Virus record (IMG/VR): IMGVR_UViG_3300032225_000466
Coordinates: 1-29,255 of that record
Origin: a virus
Lineage: Duplodnaviria; Caudoviricetes
DNA: 29,255 nt
Reading direction: 5' to 3' (one strand)
The notes beneath the pieces were generated by a model. It was not told the DNA's origin. It made no database searches and saw only the letters and a program-made list of their open reading frames with translations. This document shows, piece by piece, positions 1-7,154 of the stretch; the stretch's first letter is position 1, and each line of letters begins with the position of its first letter. Position numbers and translations under genes: made by a program.

Positions 1-199
1 ACCCATGCCAAATCAACGGGAAATTTGAGGTTTTCTGTGTCTGTGCTTCTGGTTCTGTCGAGTGGCTGAACCACCGCCAACGCATGGTGTACGCGTGTTC
101 AGTGGGTCGAAATGTAGCGTGGCGTGTGGCTGAGTCAAGCGTTTGAAAAACACCGAGAAATCATGCGTGCGCGTGTGTTGGTAGCGTCAGTTGGGCTAT

Positions 200-228
200 G
201 GTGTAGCGTCAGTTGGTCATCGTGTCAA
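200..228 (-). promoter_or_regulatory. sigma70-like promoter TTGACA-N17-TACACC with an AACTGACG box in the spacer; second box at 185-192
   Basis: Minus strand reads TTGACA CGATGACCAACTGACGC TACACC. The direct repeat GTAGCGTCAGTTGG lies at 181-194 and 203-216. Confidence 0.55.
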
Positions 229-360
229 CGCCCCTGCGAACGTGGCCAGAAGCTCGAGAAGATCGTGCACGGCTCGGGCTGCCGGGGAATTCGTGCCAAG
301 TTCCTGACCGATGCGGACAAGCACCAGGGCTGGCAGCAGGCGGTCAAACGCGCGGCTCAT
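217..360 (-). CDS. small hypothetical protein, 47 aa (MSRAFDRLLPALVLVRIGQELGTNSPAARAVHDLLELLATFAGALTR)
   Basis: Hand-translated, below the ORF-track cutoff. ATGA overlap with the methyltransferase stop and a GAGGTG SD upstream. Confidence 0.65.
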   Translation of the reverse strand: MSRAFDRLLPALVLVRIGQELGTNSPAARAVHDLLELLATFAGALTR

Positions 361-1337
361 TCGTGCACCTCGTTTTCCATGGCAAGGATGGCCCGCGCGA
401 TCACTTCAGCGACTTGGGGCACGACGGCGTTCCCGAGGCAACGCAATCGGTCCACCCGAGAGGGAATCCCATAAGCCACTCGACCCACGTCGGGTTCAGA
501 CTCCCACCAACCAGATGACACAGTTGCTCCTGCCCCTTGCCCTTGCGAGTCCCGCCCTTTGCGTCCACCGTGTTGGGTGTCGGCAAGAGTCTCCCTCGCC
601 CACTGTCCCCACGAACTGCGTCCGCAATCTTGACAGCCGCATTCAGCGGCACCGTGTTCCTTCGTAACTGCGATGGACCGCCGTCGTTGCTCGCATCCTG
701 TGCCGTCGGCGTCGGCCACATCCGCACGGCAATCCCCAGCGAAGGCCCCGGCTTGCCCTTGGTCTTGCCGTCCTTGTGATCCTGAACTCGAGCCAGATAC
801 ACGCTCACCGGCTCGTCGTGATTGCCCCGCAGTGCATGGAACACTGTCGGCGTGGGCCACAAGCCAGACACGCTCCCTGCGGTGCGGGGCACCAACGTCG
901 GCAGCGGCGATAACGTGCCATTCGCATACGTACCCGACCGAGGCAAACGCCCGCAGGATTCCGTGGAACGTGCGGCCTCCGTCATGGTTGAGAAGGCCGA
1001 TGGGATTCTCAGCCACAAAGAACCTTGGGCTGAGATCCGCAACAACTCGGAGGGCTTCGCCCCACATCCATCGGTCATCGTTCGCGCCTTTCTGCTTGCC
1101 AGCGTGGCTGACCGGCTGGCACGGCACGCCCGCACAGATCAGGTCAACCTGCCACTCAGCCGGATCTCCCACCGGGAACGTCCGCACGTCGCCCCAGCGG
1201 GTGACGCCAGGCCAGTGCTTCGCCAGCACGCTGCTGGCATAGGCGTCGATCTCAACCTGCCACCGGCACTTCATGCCGGCACGCTCAAGGCCAAGGTCAA
1301 AGCCGCCAATCCCGGCGAACAGTGAGCCAAACGTCAT
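357..1337 (-). CDS. C5 cytosine DNA methyltransferase, main (alpha) frame
   Basis: Motif I FGSLFAGIGG, II VEID, III GDV, IV catalytic GVPCQ, VI ENP, VIII PHRRERVWLVA, X LGNAVVPQVA. AAAGGA SD favours ATG 1337 (alternative 1346). Confidence 0.93.
   Translation of the reverse strand: MTFGSLFAGIGGFDLGLERAGMKCRWQVEIDAYASSVLAKHWPGVTRWGDVRTFPVGDPAEWQVDLICAGVPCQPVSHAGKQKGANDDRWMWGEALRVVADLSPRFFVAENPIGLLNHDGGRTFHGILRAFASVGYVCEWHVIAAADVGAPHRRERVWLVAHADSVPCTAGQSRRAGERVSGSSSGSQGRQDQGQAGAFAGDCRADVADADGTGCEQRRRSIAVTKEHGAAECGCQDCGRSSWGQWARETLADTQHGGRKGRDSQGQGAGATVSSGWWESEPDVGRVAYGIPSRVDRLRCLGNAVVPQVAEVIARAILAMENEVHE
401..1135 (-). CDS. nested +1-frame ORF, putative methyltransferase beta subunit with three WPTP-like modules and motif-IX-like LNPTWVEWLMGFPLGWT
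   Basis: 244-codon ORF wholly inside the MTase gene on the same strand. Supplies the L.GFP..W signature absent from the main frame. True start uncertain. Confidence 0.7.
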   Translation of the reverse strand: MRACRASRSATLASRKARTMTDGCGAKPSELLRISAQGSLWLRIPSAFSTMTEAARSTESCGRLPRSGTYANGTLSPLPTLVPRTAGSVSGLWPTPTVFHALRGNHDEPVSVYLARVQDHKDGKTKGKPGPSLGIAVRMWPTPTAQDASNDGGPSQLRRNTVPLNAAVKIADAVRGDSGRGRLLPTPNTVDAKGGTRKGKGQEQLCHLVGGSLNPTWVEWLMGFPLGWTDCVASGTPSCPKSLK

Positions 1338-1367
1338 GGGCAGCATCCTTTCAGCGTGCTGGGTGAG

Positions 1368-1592
1368 TCAAGCGATCCGGCCGTCGTCGTCGCACTGCAC
1401 GCCAGCCTTGCGGGCCAGCTGGATGGCGTCGTCGTCCGTGACGTGAAAGCGACGGCCAGAGCCGAGTTGGCCGTAGACATCCGACACGACGTAATGCTGC
1501 CCGTCAGTCAACTGAATGCACCAAGCCTTTTTGATGCCGACCGTGACCGCAAGCCGCTTGGCGTTTGTCAGGTTGTCGCAGGTGGCAGCCAT
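1368..1592 (-). CDS. hypothetical protein, 74 aa
   Basis: GGAGG SD upstream of ATG; directly downstream of a strong predicted promoter. Confidence 0.75.
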   Translation of the reverse strand: MAATCDNLTNAKRLAVTVGIKKAWCIQLTDGQHYVVSDVYGQLGSGRRFHVTDDDAIQLARKAGVQCDDDGRIA

Positions 1593-1642
1593 CGTTTTGC
1601 CTCCGGTTCGCGTCCGCGAGTCTCATGTGCTAGCATGCCCGT

Positions 1643-1671
1643 ACTGTAGGCTATCGTCAGTTCGGCGTCAA
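1643..1671 (-). promoter_or_regulatory. sigma70-like promoter TTGACG-N17-TACAGT with an AACTGACG box in the spacer
   Basis: Minus strand reads TTGACG CCGAACTGACGATAGCC TACAGT; intergenic. Confidence 0.75.
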
Positions 1672-1718
1672 GTACATAAATCGGATTTTCTTAGAGTGCG
1701 TTTTCGCCGGGGAAAACG

Positions 1719-1994
1719 CTACTTCCGGCGATTGGCGGCCTTTTTGCGGCTGGACACAGGCCGCTTAGCCAAATGCTTTTTGCCAACCGATCGGGTGGTC
1801 AGGCCATCTCGAGCCTGACGTGCAGCTGCGGCAGGAATGAGCCACACACGCTGCCCAATCCGTCTGGCACCGGGAATCTGTCCAGAACCCAGCAGGTGGC
1901 GGACCCATCCTTGGGTGCAGCCCATGACCTCCACGGCCTCGGCCACCGTCAGGTATTCGCCGCCGTCGATTTTCTGTGGTGTCATGGCAACCAT
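1719..1994 (-). CDS. excisionase-like / HTH_17 DNA-binding protein with a basic C-terminal tail
   Basis: YLTVAEAVEVMGCTQGWVRHLLGSGQIPGARRIGQRVWLIP winged-HTH pattern; divergent from the integrase. Confidence 0.85.
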   Translation of the reverse strand: MVAMTPQKIDGGEYLTVAEAVEVMGCTQGWVRHLLGSGQIPGARRIGQRVWLIPAAAARQARDGLTTRSVGKKHLAKRPVSSRKKAANRRK

Positions 1995-2001
1995 CCGTGG
2001 A

Positions 2002-2029
2002 ATCGTACTGCCTAACGTCAGTTAGTCAA
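2002..2029 (-). promoter_or_regulatory. sigma70-like promoter TTGACT-N16-TACGAT with an AACTGACG box; predicted leaderless transcript for the HTH gene
   Basis: Minus strand reads TTGACT AACTGACGTTAGGCAG TACGAT TCCACGG ATG. Only 7 nt separate the -10 from the ATG. Confidence 0.7.
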
Positions 2030-2067
2030 GCCGGCGTTGCCTAATCGCACCCAGCCCGCATAGGGTA

Positions 2068-2117
2068 GGTGTACAAGATGTCGAGCGGAGGGCATGGGCG
2101 TTGTACATCTGTACACC
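2068..2117. repeat. imperfect inverted repeat GGTGTACAAGATGT / ACATCTGTACACC containing three TGTACA palindromes
   Basis: Arms at 2068-2081 and 2105-2117, between the divergent HTH and integrase genes. Confidence 0.6.
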
Positions 2118-2128
2118 CATGCTACCAT
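2101..2128 (+). promoter_or_regulatory. putative integrase promoter, TTGTAC-N16-TACCAT with extended -10 TG
   Basis: TTGTAC ATCTGTACACCCATGC TACCAT, followed by an AGAGGAG SD. Confidence 0.5.
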
Positions 2129-2154
2129 CGGCATTCCAACAGAGGAGCAAGACG

Positions 2155-3081
2155 ATGACGCTAGGTGAATTGCTGATTGATCGCTACGCGGTGCTGCACA
2201 ATCTGAAGCCGCGCACGGTGGAATTGTTTTCTCAGACGCTGAAACGGTTTTCGGAGTTTTTGGGGCGTGATCCTGTGGTCGATGACCTCGACGACATCAC
2301 GGTCAGCAAGTTTTTGCGCTGGCGGCAGGTGACCCCGTGTGCCGGGCGTGTCCCGTCGCCGGCCACTGCCCGCAAGGATCAGGCGCATTTGGTGAGCCTA
2401 TGGAACCATTTGGCTCGCAAACGCCACCCCAAGGCAGACGGCACGCCAGTGGAATTCCCAGATTTACCCAGAAACCTCGTCAGGGTGCCCACGAAGCCGC
2501 CACGCGGCTACACGGTGCAGGAGGTGTCCGCACTCATCCGCGAGGGCAGGCACCGCCGTGGGGCCGTTGGCGGCGTTCCAGCGCCATGGCTGTGGATGAC
2601 GCTGCTGATGGCCGCCTGGTACACCGGCGAACGCATCGGCGGCCTGCTTCGTCTGCGGTGGTCGGAGGTGGATCTGGAAAGTGGCCTGCTGACCTTCTTA
2701 GGCCAGAACCGCAAAGGCGGCCTGCAGACGATCCAGCGAACGATTCCGCCAGACATGGTGCGTGTGCTGCGTATGCAGGTCAGGGGGCCACGCGAACTGG
2801 TTTGGCCGTGGCTAGATCACCGGACAGAAAACGGCATCTACACCGCCCTGCACAAAATGTGCTTGCATGTAGGCGTTGTTCCTCGAGGTTTCCACGCCAT
2901 ACGCAAGGCGTCTGGCAGCTACGTGAAGGCTGCCGGCGGTGACGCCACCGAGCACCTGGGGCACGCCAATCCAAGAACCACGCAACAGCATTACCTAGAT
3001 CCTGACATCACTGGCAGGCAGTCGGCGCTGGACTACCTGCCGCCGTTAGACCTAGACGGGCCTGAAAAGCCGGCGGCGTAG
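2155..3081 (+). CDS. int: tyrosine recombinase / integrase
   Basis: Catalytic set present: YTGERIGGL (R), NRK (K), FHAIRK (HxxR), LGH (H), TTQQHY (Y). AGAGGAG SD before ATG 2155. Confidence 0.93.
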   Translation: MTLGELLIDRYAVLHNLKPRTVELFSQTLKRFSEFLGRDPVVDDLDDITVSKFLRWRQVTPCAGRVPSPATARKDQAHLVSLWNHLARKRHPKADGTPVEFPDLPRNLVRVPTKPPRGYTVQEVSALIREGRHRRGAVGGVPAPWLWMTLLMAAWYTGERIGGLLRLRWSEVDLESGLLTFLGQNRKGGLQTIQRTIPPDMVRVLRMQVRGPRELVWPWLDHRTENGIYTALHKMCLHVGVVPRGFHAIRKASGSYVKAAGGDATEHLGHANPRTTQQHYLDPDITGRQSALDYLPPLDLDGPEKPAA

Positions 3082-3140
3082 GCGCTTGGTTAACAGGCGT
3101 TCAGTTCACGCACCGCCATAATGGGGGATACGATTTGGAC

Positions 3141-3368
3141 ATGAAAAACTTATGGCCGTCGCCGTGGATGTGGCGCGAAAAAACCAAATGGTGCTGGAAG
3201 TGCCGACGCCGGGAAAAGCACCGCGTCTGGGGATTTAGTTTTGATTGGCTGGCTGTTGTCGGCACGCTAACGCTGTTCACAACGCTGCCGGCACTGTTTA
3301 CGCTGTTTTTGCTTGACCGCGTGCGGCGATGGAAATGCCAATCGTGCGGCAGCAGGTCGTACGTGTGA
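3141..3368 (+). CDS. small membrane-anchored Zn-ribbon protein (CxxC-hydrophobic-CxxC, LITAF-like architecture)
   Basis: CWKC, then hydrophobic LAVVGTLTLFTTLPALFTLFLL, then CQSCG. Start 3141 or 3135. Confidence 0.65.
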   Translation: MKNLWPSPWMWREKTKWCWKCRRREKHRVWGFSFDWLAVVGTLTLFTTLPALFTLFLLDRVRRWKCQSCGSRSYV

Positions 3369-3383
3369 CCCGCGGCACACCGG

Positions 3384-3423
3384 GAGGCGGCGCAGGTGAA
3401 AGGTAGAAGCCCTGCGCCGCCTC
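3384..3423. terminator. 13-bp GC-rich hairpin between convergent genes, likely terminator
   Basis: GAGGCGGCGCAGG-N14-CCTGCGCCGCCTC perfect stem; no strong U-tract. Confidence 0.55.
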
Positions 3424-3438
3424 GACCGATGGCCCGGA

Positions 3439-3648
3439 TCAATCGTGCGGTTGTGACCAGTACGGCCGGTAGCGTTCTTCGCGTTCGGCCTGGTGCTCAG
3501 CCAGCAACTTCTTGAGGCGGTCCACCTCGGCCAGCAGGTGGATAACGCTTGCGGCCAGACTGCCAAACGTGCCGGCCCACGAACCAACGCCAACGGCGTG
3601 GGCACGCTTGCGGCAGTCCGCTAGGTATTCAGCGCTCAGCGGTTCCAC
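3439..3648 (-). CDS. hypothetical protein, 69 aa, with a C-terminal coiled coil
   Basis: GTG start after a GAGGA SD, overlapping the upstream gene end; LLAEVDRLKK pattern common in small phage proteins. Confidence 0.6.
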   Translation of the reverse strand: MEPLSAEYLADCRKRAHAVGVGSWAGTFGSLAASVIHLLAEVDRLKKLLAEHQAEREERYRPYWSQPHD

Positions 3649-4195
3649 GCGTTTCCTCTTCGTACAGCAAAAAAGCCAGCAACGCGTAGGACGCCAGATC
3701 AAGGCAGGTGTCCATGACGCCTTCGTGGCCAAGCCTGCCCGTAGCGTTGAACGTGGCCAATCGAGTGACCTTGTCCGACAGCCTGACCATCGCACCCTTC
3801 CACGGCTCAATGCCGACGAATGCCGCACCGTTGCGAATGTTGGCCAGCGGATCGTTGCCAGATGGGCAGCCGTAGTCGCTCGACTTGCTGGCGTGCATGG
3901 CCTTGAGTTCGTCGCATAGGTCAAAGAACCGTTGTGACGTGGGATGCACTCCGCTCGCAATGACACCCTGCCCTATTGGTCGCGGGTGGCACTGGCCGCC
4001 ATCACAGCACGATTCGGCGTCGTCGCCGTCGATTTCGTAGCCTTGAATTTTCGGATCGATATTGGGTGTCGTCGTTACGGCCGGTGAGAAGTCGTACCAC
4101 TCGTCGTGCGGCTTCCCTGCGGCCTGCCGTTCACGTCGCATGGCTACGGCAGAACGAATAAGTTCGTTGGCGTCTTCAATCTCTGGTTGTGTCAT
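3629..4195 (-). CDS. DUF1599 / nucleotide-modification-associated all-alpha protein
   Basis: KSSDYG...DPLAN...VRLSDKVTRL...EGVMDTCLDLASYALL; ATGA overlap with the upstream gene. Confidence 0.75.
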   Translation of the reverse strand: MTQPEIEDANELIRSAVAMRRERQAAGKPHDEWYDFSPAVTTTPNIDPKIQGYEIDGDDAESCCDGGQCHPRPIGQGVIASGVHPTSQRFFDLCDELKAMHASKSSDYGCPSGNDPLANIRNGAAFVGIEPWKGAMVRLSDKVTRLATFNATGRLGHEGVMDTCLDLASYALLAFLLYEEETRGTAER

Positions 4196-5265
4196 TTGGT
4201 TGCCTTTCTTAAATCGCGGTCGCAATAGATCGGCATGGCCTTGGTGACCTCATGCCGGCCATGGTCAATAACGATGGCCGCCTGGCATGGGGCTTCGTAA
4301 GCCGCCTTGATTCGGACAGCGTATGCGCTGTGTCCAATCACGCTGCCATTGCTGACATACCGACCAGCACGGCCCCAACTGAATTGGTGCCAGTGGCCCA
4401 GGCACGTCAGGTCCGCACGTTCCGTGGCATCCCACGCGGCGATCGATTTGTTGAGCGGTACGTGAATGCCGCCGATGCCGCCTTGGTATTTCACGGCGTG
4501 TCCGTGGTGAAACCGCACGCGGAAACCGTCTAAATCCACATAGTTCAGGTAACCAGTGCCTACCTGCCACGTGACGTTTTTCCGCGTCTCAGCAGCCGCC
4601 ATCGTCAGGTACAGGTGCTGCTCAAAACTGTGCTCCATCTCCGTGCCAATCCGCAGCTTGTCCGTGCTTCGGCCGTGGTTGCCGCTGTTGGTGGCCACTA
4701 TCACGCTGCCGGCGTTCTCTGCCACGGCGTCGATGAATCCGCCTAGCCGTTCGCCAATCCACCGCGTGGCTGCCAATGGGGCCAGCTGTGCCAGTTCGGC
4801 CGTATCGTCGTGGATATGGCCGCTAAGGAAATCGCCGCCCAACCAAACGACCACGCGATCAATGCGGGCTAGTTGGCGTTCGTGCTCGAGCAGTCCAAAG
4901 AACCGCTGCTGCAGTTCGTCCAGCCGCAATTGACATACGTCAAGCGAATAGTCGTTCAGTCCGTTGACGGTAGTGGGGTCTACACGTTCCTCGCAATGGA
5001 TGTCGGAAAGCAGAACCACCATCGTGGCCGCATGCTTCTTTCCCTTGACAGTTTTGGTCAAGGGTCGCCGGGCCTGCATTCCGGCAAGGCTGGCAATAGC
5101 ATCTGCCCGCGTCTTCTCCGCGTCTATTGCCGCCAGCGCCGCCTTATACCTGCCCTTAAGGCTCGCCACCTCAGACCGCAGCCGCGCCAGTTCGGCATCA
5201 ACCGCCAGGCGGTCAGCGTTTGCAACGGCGTCGGCAACCTGATCGGTCAGCTTTTGTTTAGCCAT
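4192..5265 (-). CDS. calcineurin-like metallophosphoesterase with an N-terminal coiled coil
   Basis: SDIH, GGDFLSG, GNHGR, HHGH and GHWH metallophosphoesterase motifs. Confidence 0.88.
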   Translation of the reverse strand: MAKQKLTDQVADAVANADRLAVDAELARLRSEVASLKGRYKAALAAIDAEKTRADAIASLAGMQARRPLTKTVKGKKHAATMVVLLSDIHCEERVDPTTVNGLNDYSLDVCQLRLDELQQRFFGLLEHERQLARIDRVVVWLGGDFLSGHIHDDTAELAQLAPLAATRWIGERLGGFIDAVAENAGSVIVATNSGNHGRSTDKLRIGTEMEHSFEQHLYLTMAAAETRKNVTWQVGTGYLNYVDLDGFRVRFHHGHAVKYQGGIGGIHVPLNKSIAAWDATERADLTCLGHWHQFSWGRAGRYVSNGSVIGHSAYAVRIKAAYEAPCQAAIVIDHGRHEVTKAMPIYCDRDLRKATK

Positions 5266-5498
5266 GCAACTACCGCATGTTGACCGGGGACTGGCCAGCC
5301 TCGTTCGCTGCACGCTTTACACACGGCACGCGCCAATGTGTGCGCCGGCGCTTTTAGTTCACCTGTTTTGAATTGCGCCCGCACCTCAAGCAATTCGGTT
5401 TGTGCCTCGGGCGGCATGCGCATCCACCAGCCAGTGCGTGACGTTTCCAGCGTGCTCCGCACGTTGGCCAGCAGGCTACTAAGTTTTTCTTTCGCCAC
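5247..5498 (-). CDS. hypothetical protein, 83 aa, possibly HTH-like
   Basis: Fills the operon with overlapping start/stop; AGGAG SD. Confidence 0.7.
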   Translation of the reverse strand: MAKEKLSSLLANVRSTLETSRTGWWMRMPPEAQTELLEVRAQFKTGELKAPAHTLARAVCKACSERGWPVPGQHAVVAWLNKS

Positions 5499-5775
5499 TG
5501 GGCATCTCCTTGTAGTGCAACGTCACCAGCGTTCTGCGAATTACCCGTGCCGCCTCTGTCACCGCCTCCTCAGAAATGCTTGGCCCAAGGCACGCGTGCA
5601 GCAGTTCGTGCACGATCGTTTCCAGCCTAGTGGCTCCACGCAGCTGGTCATCAATTAAGATTCGCGGGCGCTTGGCGGTGTCGAAGTACGTCCATCCGGC
5701 GGCGCCACCCTTCAACCGGGTGAATCGCAGCAGCCAGCGCTTGCCGTCAATCGTGATGCTGTGATCTTCGGCCAC
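5479..5775 (-). CDS. small HEXXH zinc metallopeptidase-like protein
   Basis: ILIDDQL...ETIVHELLHA...EEAV; GGAGG SD. Confidence 0.8.
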   Translation of the reverse strand: MAEDHSITIDGKRWLLRFTRLKGGAAGWTYFDTAKRPRILIDDQLRGATRLETIVHELLHACLGPSISEEAVTEAARVIRRTLVTLHYKEMPSGERKT

Positions 5776-5808
5776 GGCGGATCCTCCGCATCGACTGTGG
5801 CAAAGTTG

Positions 5809-6060
5809 TCAACCGATGCCGATGCTGCGGCCGATCTCGTTTAGCGCCTTCTGGCGTTGCTTGCACTTGCACGGCTTGCCGGTGACCGAAGCCACACGTT
5901 CAGGCGTAATGCCGATTGCGGCAAGCCCAGCGGCGACTAGGTCGCCCAAACCGCGACGAACGCACTGATGATACACCACCATGTTTTGACATGGCATCGA
6001 AAATCCGCAGCGACATGCAGCAACGTTATTGCGGCATTCAAGTTCACGAACATCTAGCAC
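5809..6060 (-). CDS. Cys-rich small protein at the end of the tail module
   Basis: GTG after AAAGGA overlapping the upstream stop; GLGDLVAAGLAAIGIT...CKCKQRQKALN. Confidence 0.65.
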   Translation of the reverse strand: MLDVRELECRNNVAACRCGFSMPCQNMVVYHQCVRRGLGDLVAAGLAAIGITPERVASVTGKPCKCKQRQKALNEIGRSIGIG

Positions 6061-6377
6061 GGAAGTCCTTTTGCTATCGCCGTGATTCCCGCCGAGCAAT
6101 TTGTCGTCCAGCCGTTGATTGTTAAACAAGAATTGCCACGGCTCAGAAAAAACACCGTTGCTTGGCACGAAACAAAATCGACAGTGAAATCATACGTTGA
6201 CGTGTATTCGCAAATGGCCAAATTGTTGAGCGTCAACGTAGAGCCGTCATTGGAACACACGATATTTGTGTCGCCGTTTGAAAAAGCGAAATACAACACA
6301 AACGAATTGGTTGAATTCCACGGCAACGTTGCCGGGCCGCACGGGCAACAGCATTGACACCCAGGCAGCAAAATCAT
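6054..6377 (-). CDS. Cys-rich beta-strand protein, putative tail-tip / receptor-binding component
   Basis: Starts MILLPGCQCCCPCG; ATGA overlap with the upstream gene; visibly AT-richer than its flanks. Confidence 0.65.
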   Translation of the reverse strand: MILLPGCQCCCPCGPATLPWNSTNSFVLYFAFSNGDTNIVCSNDGSTLTLNNLAICEYTSTYDFTVDFVSCQATVFFLSRGNSCLTINGWTTNCSAGITAIAKGLPC

Positions 6378-6763
6378 GAGCAGCCGCATTCCGCCGAAAT
6401 CAGATACCACGTACCAGCGTATTTGGCGATCGCGCACGCAGCGGTAACGGAACTGCTGGCCGTGTCGCAGGATTTCACATCCACAAACAGATTCGTGGCG
6501 GCTACGGTGTTAGGCGTCGTTGTGACGCCGTAGAAACTGGTGGTGTGCGTGGTGCCCTTGGACCAAGTTCCCGTGAACGAGCAAATGCGGAAAACCTTTC
6601 CGCCAGTCTGCACATGGTGCTCAAACCCTAGCGGCCCTTGATCGCGGTTGCCGCCTTCAACTCGCAACACAGCCTTGGCTATGCGTTGCGCAGCAGGCTT
6701 CGTAAACTTGGCAAATTCGGAGCCGGCGCCTTGTTTGCCGCCGGATGCGCCCTGGCTGGCCAT
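6374..6763 (-). CDS. putative tail-tip protein ending in WYLISAECGCS
   Basis: Position downstream of the tape measure gene; tight operon spacing. Confidence 0.7.
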   Translation of the reverse strand: MASQGASGGKQGAGSEFAKFTKPAAQRIAKAVLRVEGGNRDQGPLGFEHHVQTGGKVFRICSFTGTWSKGTTHTTSFYGVTTTPNTVAATNLFVDVKSCDTASSSVTAACAIAKYAGTWYLISAECGCS

Positions 6764-6767
6764 GTGG

Positions 6768-7145
6768 TCAGCCCTCGAGGATGGAAATAATCAGCTTGGT
6801 GCCGGTCAGGTTGGCTTGGCACGCGTAGCTGCCAGCGGCCAAGCGCCCGGTGGCGACTTCCCCTCCAAGCAGCGTCACGGTTGGCACCAGGCTTCCGGCC
6901 GACAGCTGGCCAAACGACACGCTGGCGGTGCTGACCGTGGACAGATTGCGGGCGAAAAACATGCCCACGGCCGTCATGCTGGCAGTGCTGATTGCGGCCG
7001 TGCCTGCGGCGTTTGTGCCTGGTGACAGCGTCTGCGTAATCACGCCATAGTTTGCCATGTTTGCGGTAACGCCAGACGCAACAAATGCCTGATTCAAACT
7101 GCCTTTGGACACGTTGACGTTGACGTTGTAGTTGATGTCGGCCAT
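6768..7145 (-). CDS. putative virion tail protein, beta-rich
   Basis: AAGGA SD; S/T/A/G-rich composition; tail operon context. Confidence 0.7.
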   Translation of the reverse strand: MADINYNVNVNVSKGSLNQAFVASGVTANMANYGVITQTLSPGTNAAGTAAISTASMTAVGMFFARNLSTVSTASVSFGQLSAGSLVPTVTLLGGEVATGRLAAGSYACQANLTGTKLIISILEG

Positions 7146-7154
7146 TGAATTTCC

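Noticed and set aside
1-180. Non-coding stretch with short hairpins, possible ncRNA or tRNA
   Set aside because: No cloverleaf or recognisable RNA family by eye; truncated by the window edge.
181-216. Direct repeat considered as a mini-CRISPR
   Set aside because: Only two 14-bp units with an 8-nt gap; better explained as operator sites.
3649-3966. N-terminal extension of the 175-aa ORF overlapping the DUF1599 gene, a possible second dual-coding case
   Set aside because: The overlapping part has no motif; a GTG with SD at 3648 explains the real gene.
5809-6763. Possible diversity-generating retroelement target in the tail tip
   Set aside because: No reverse transcriptase and no TR/VR repeat pair seen in the window.
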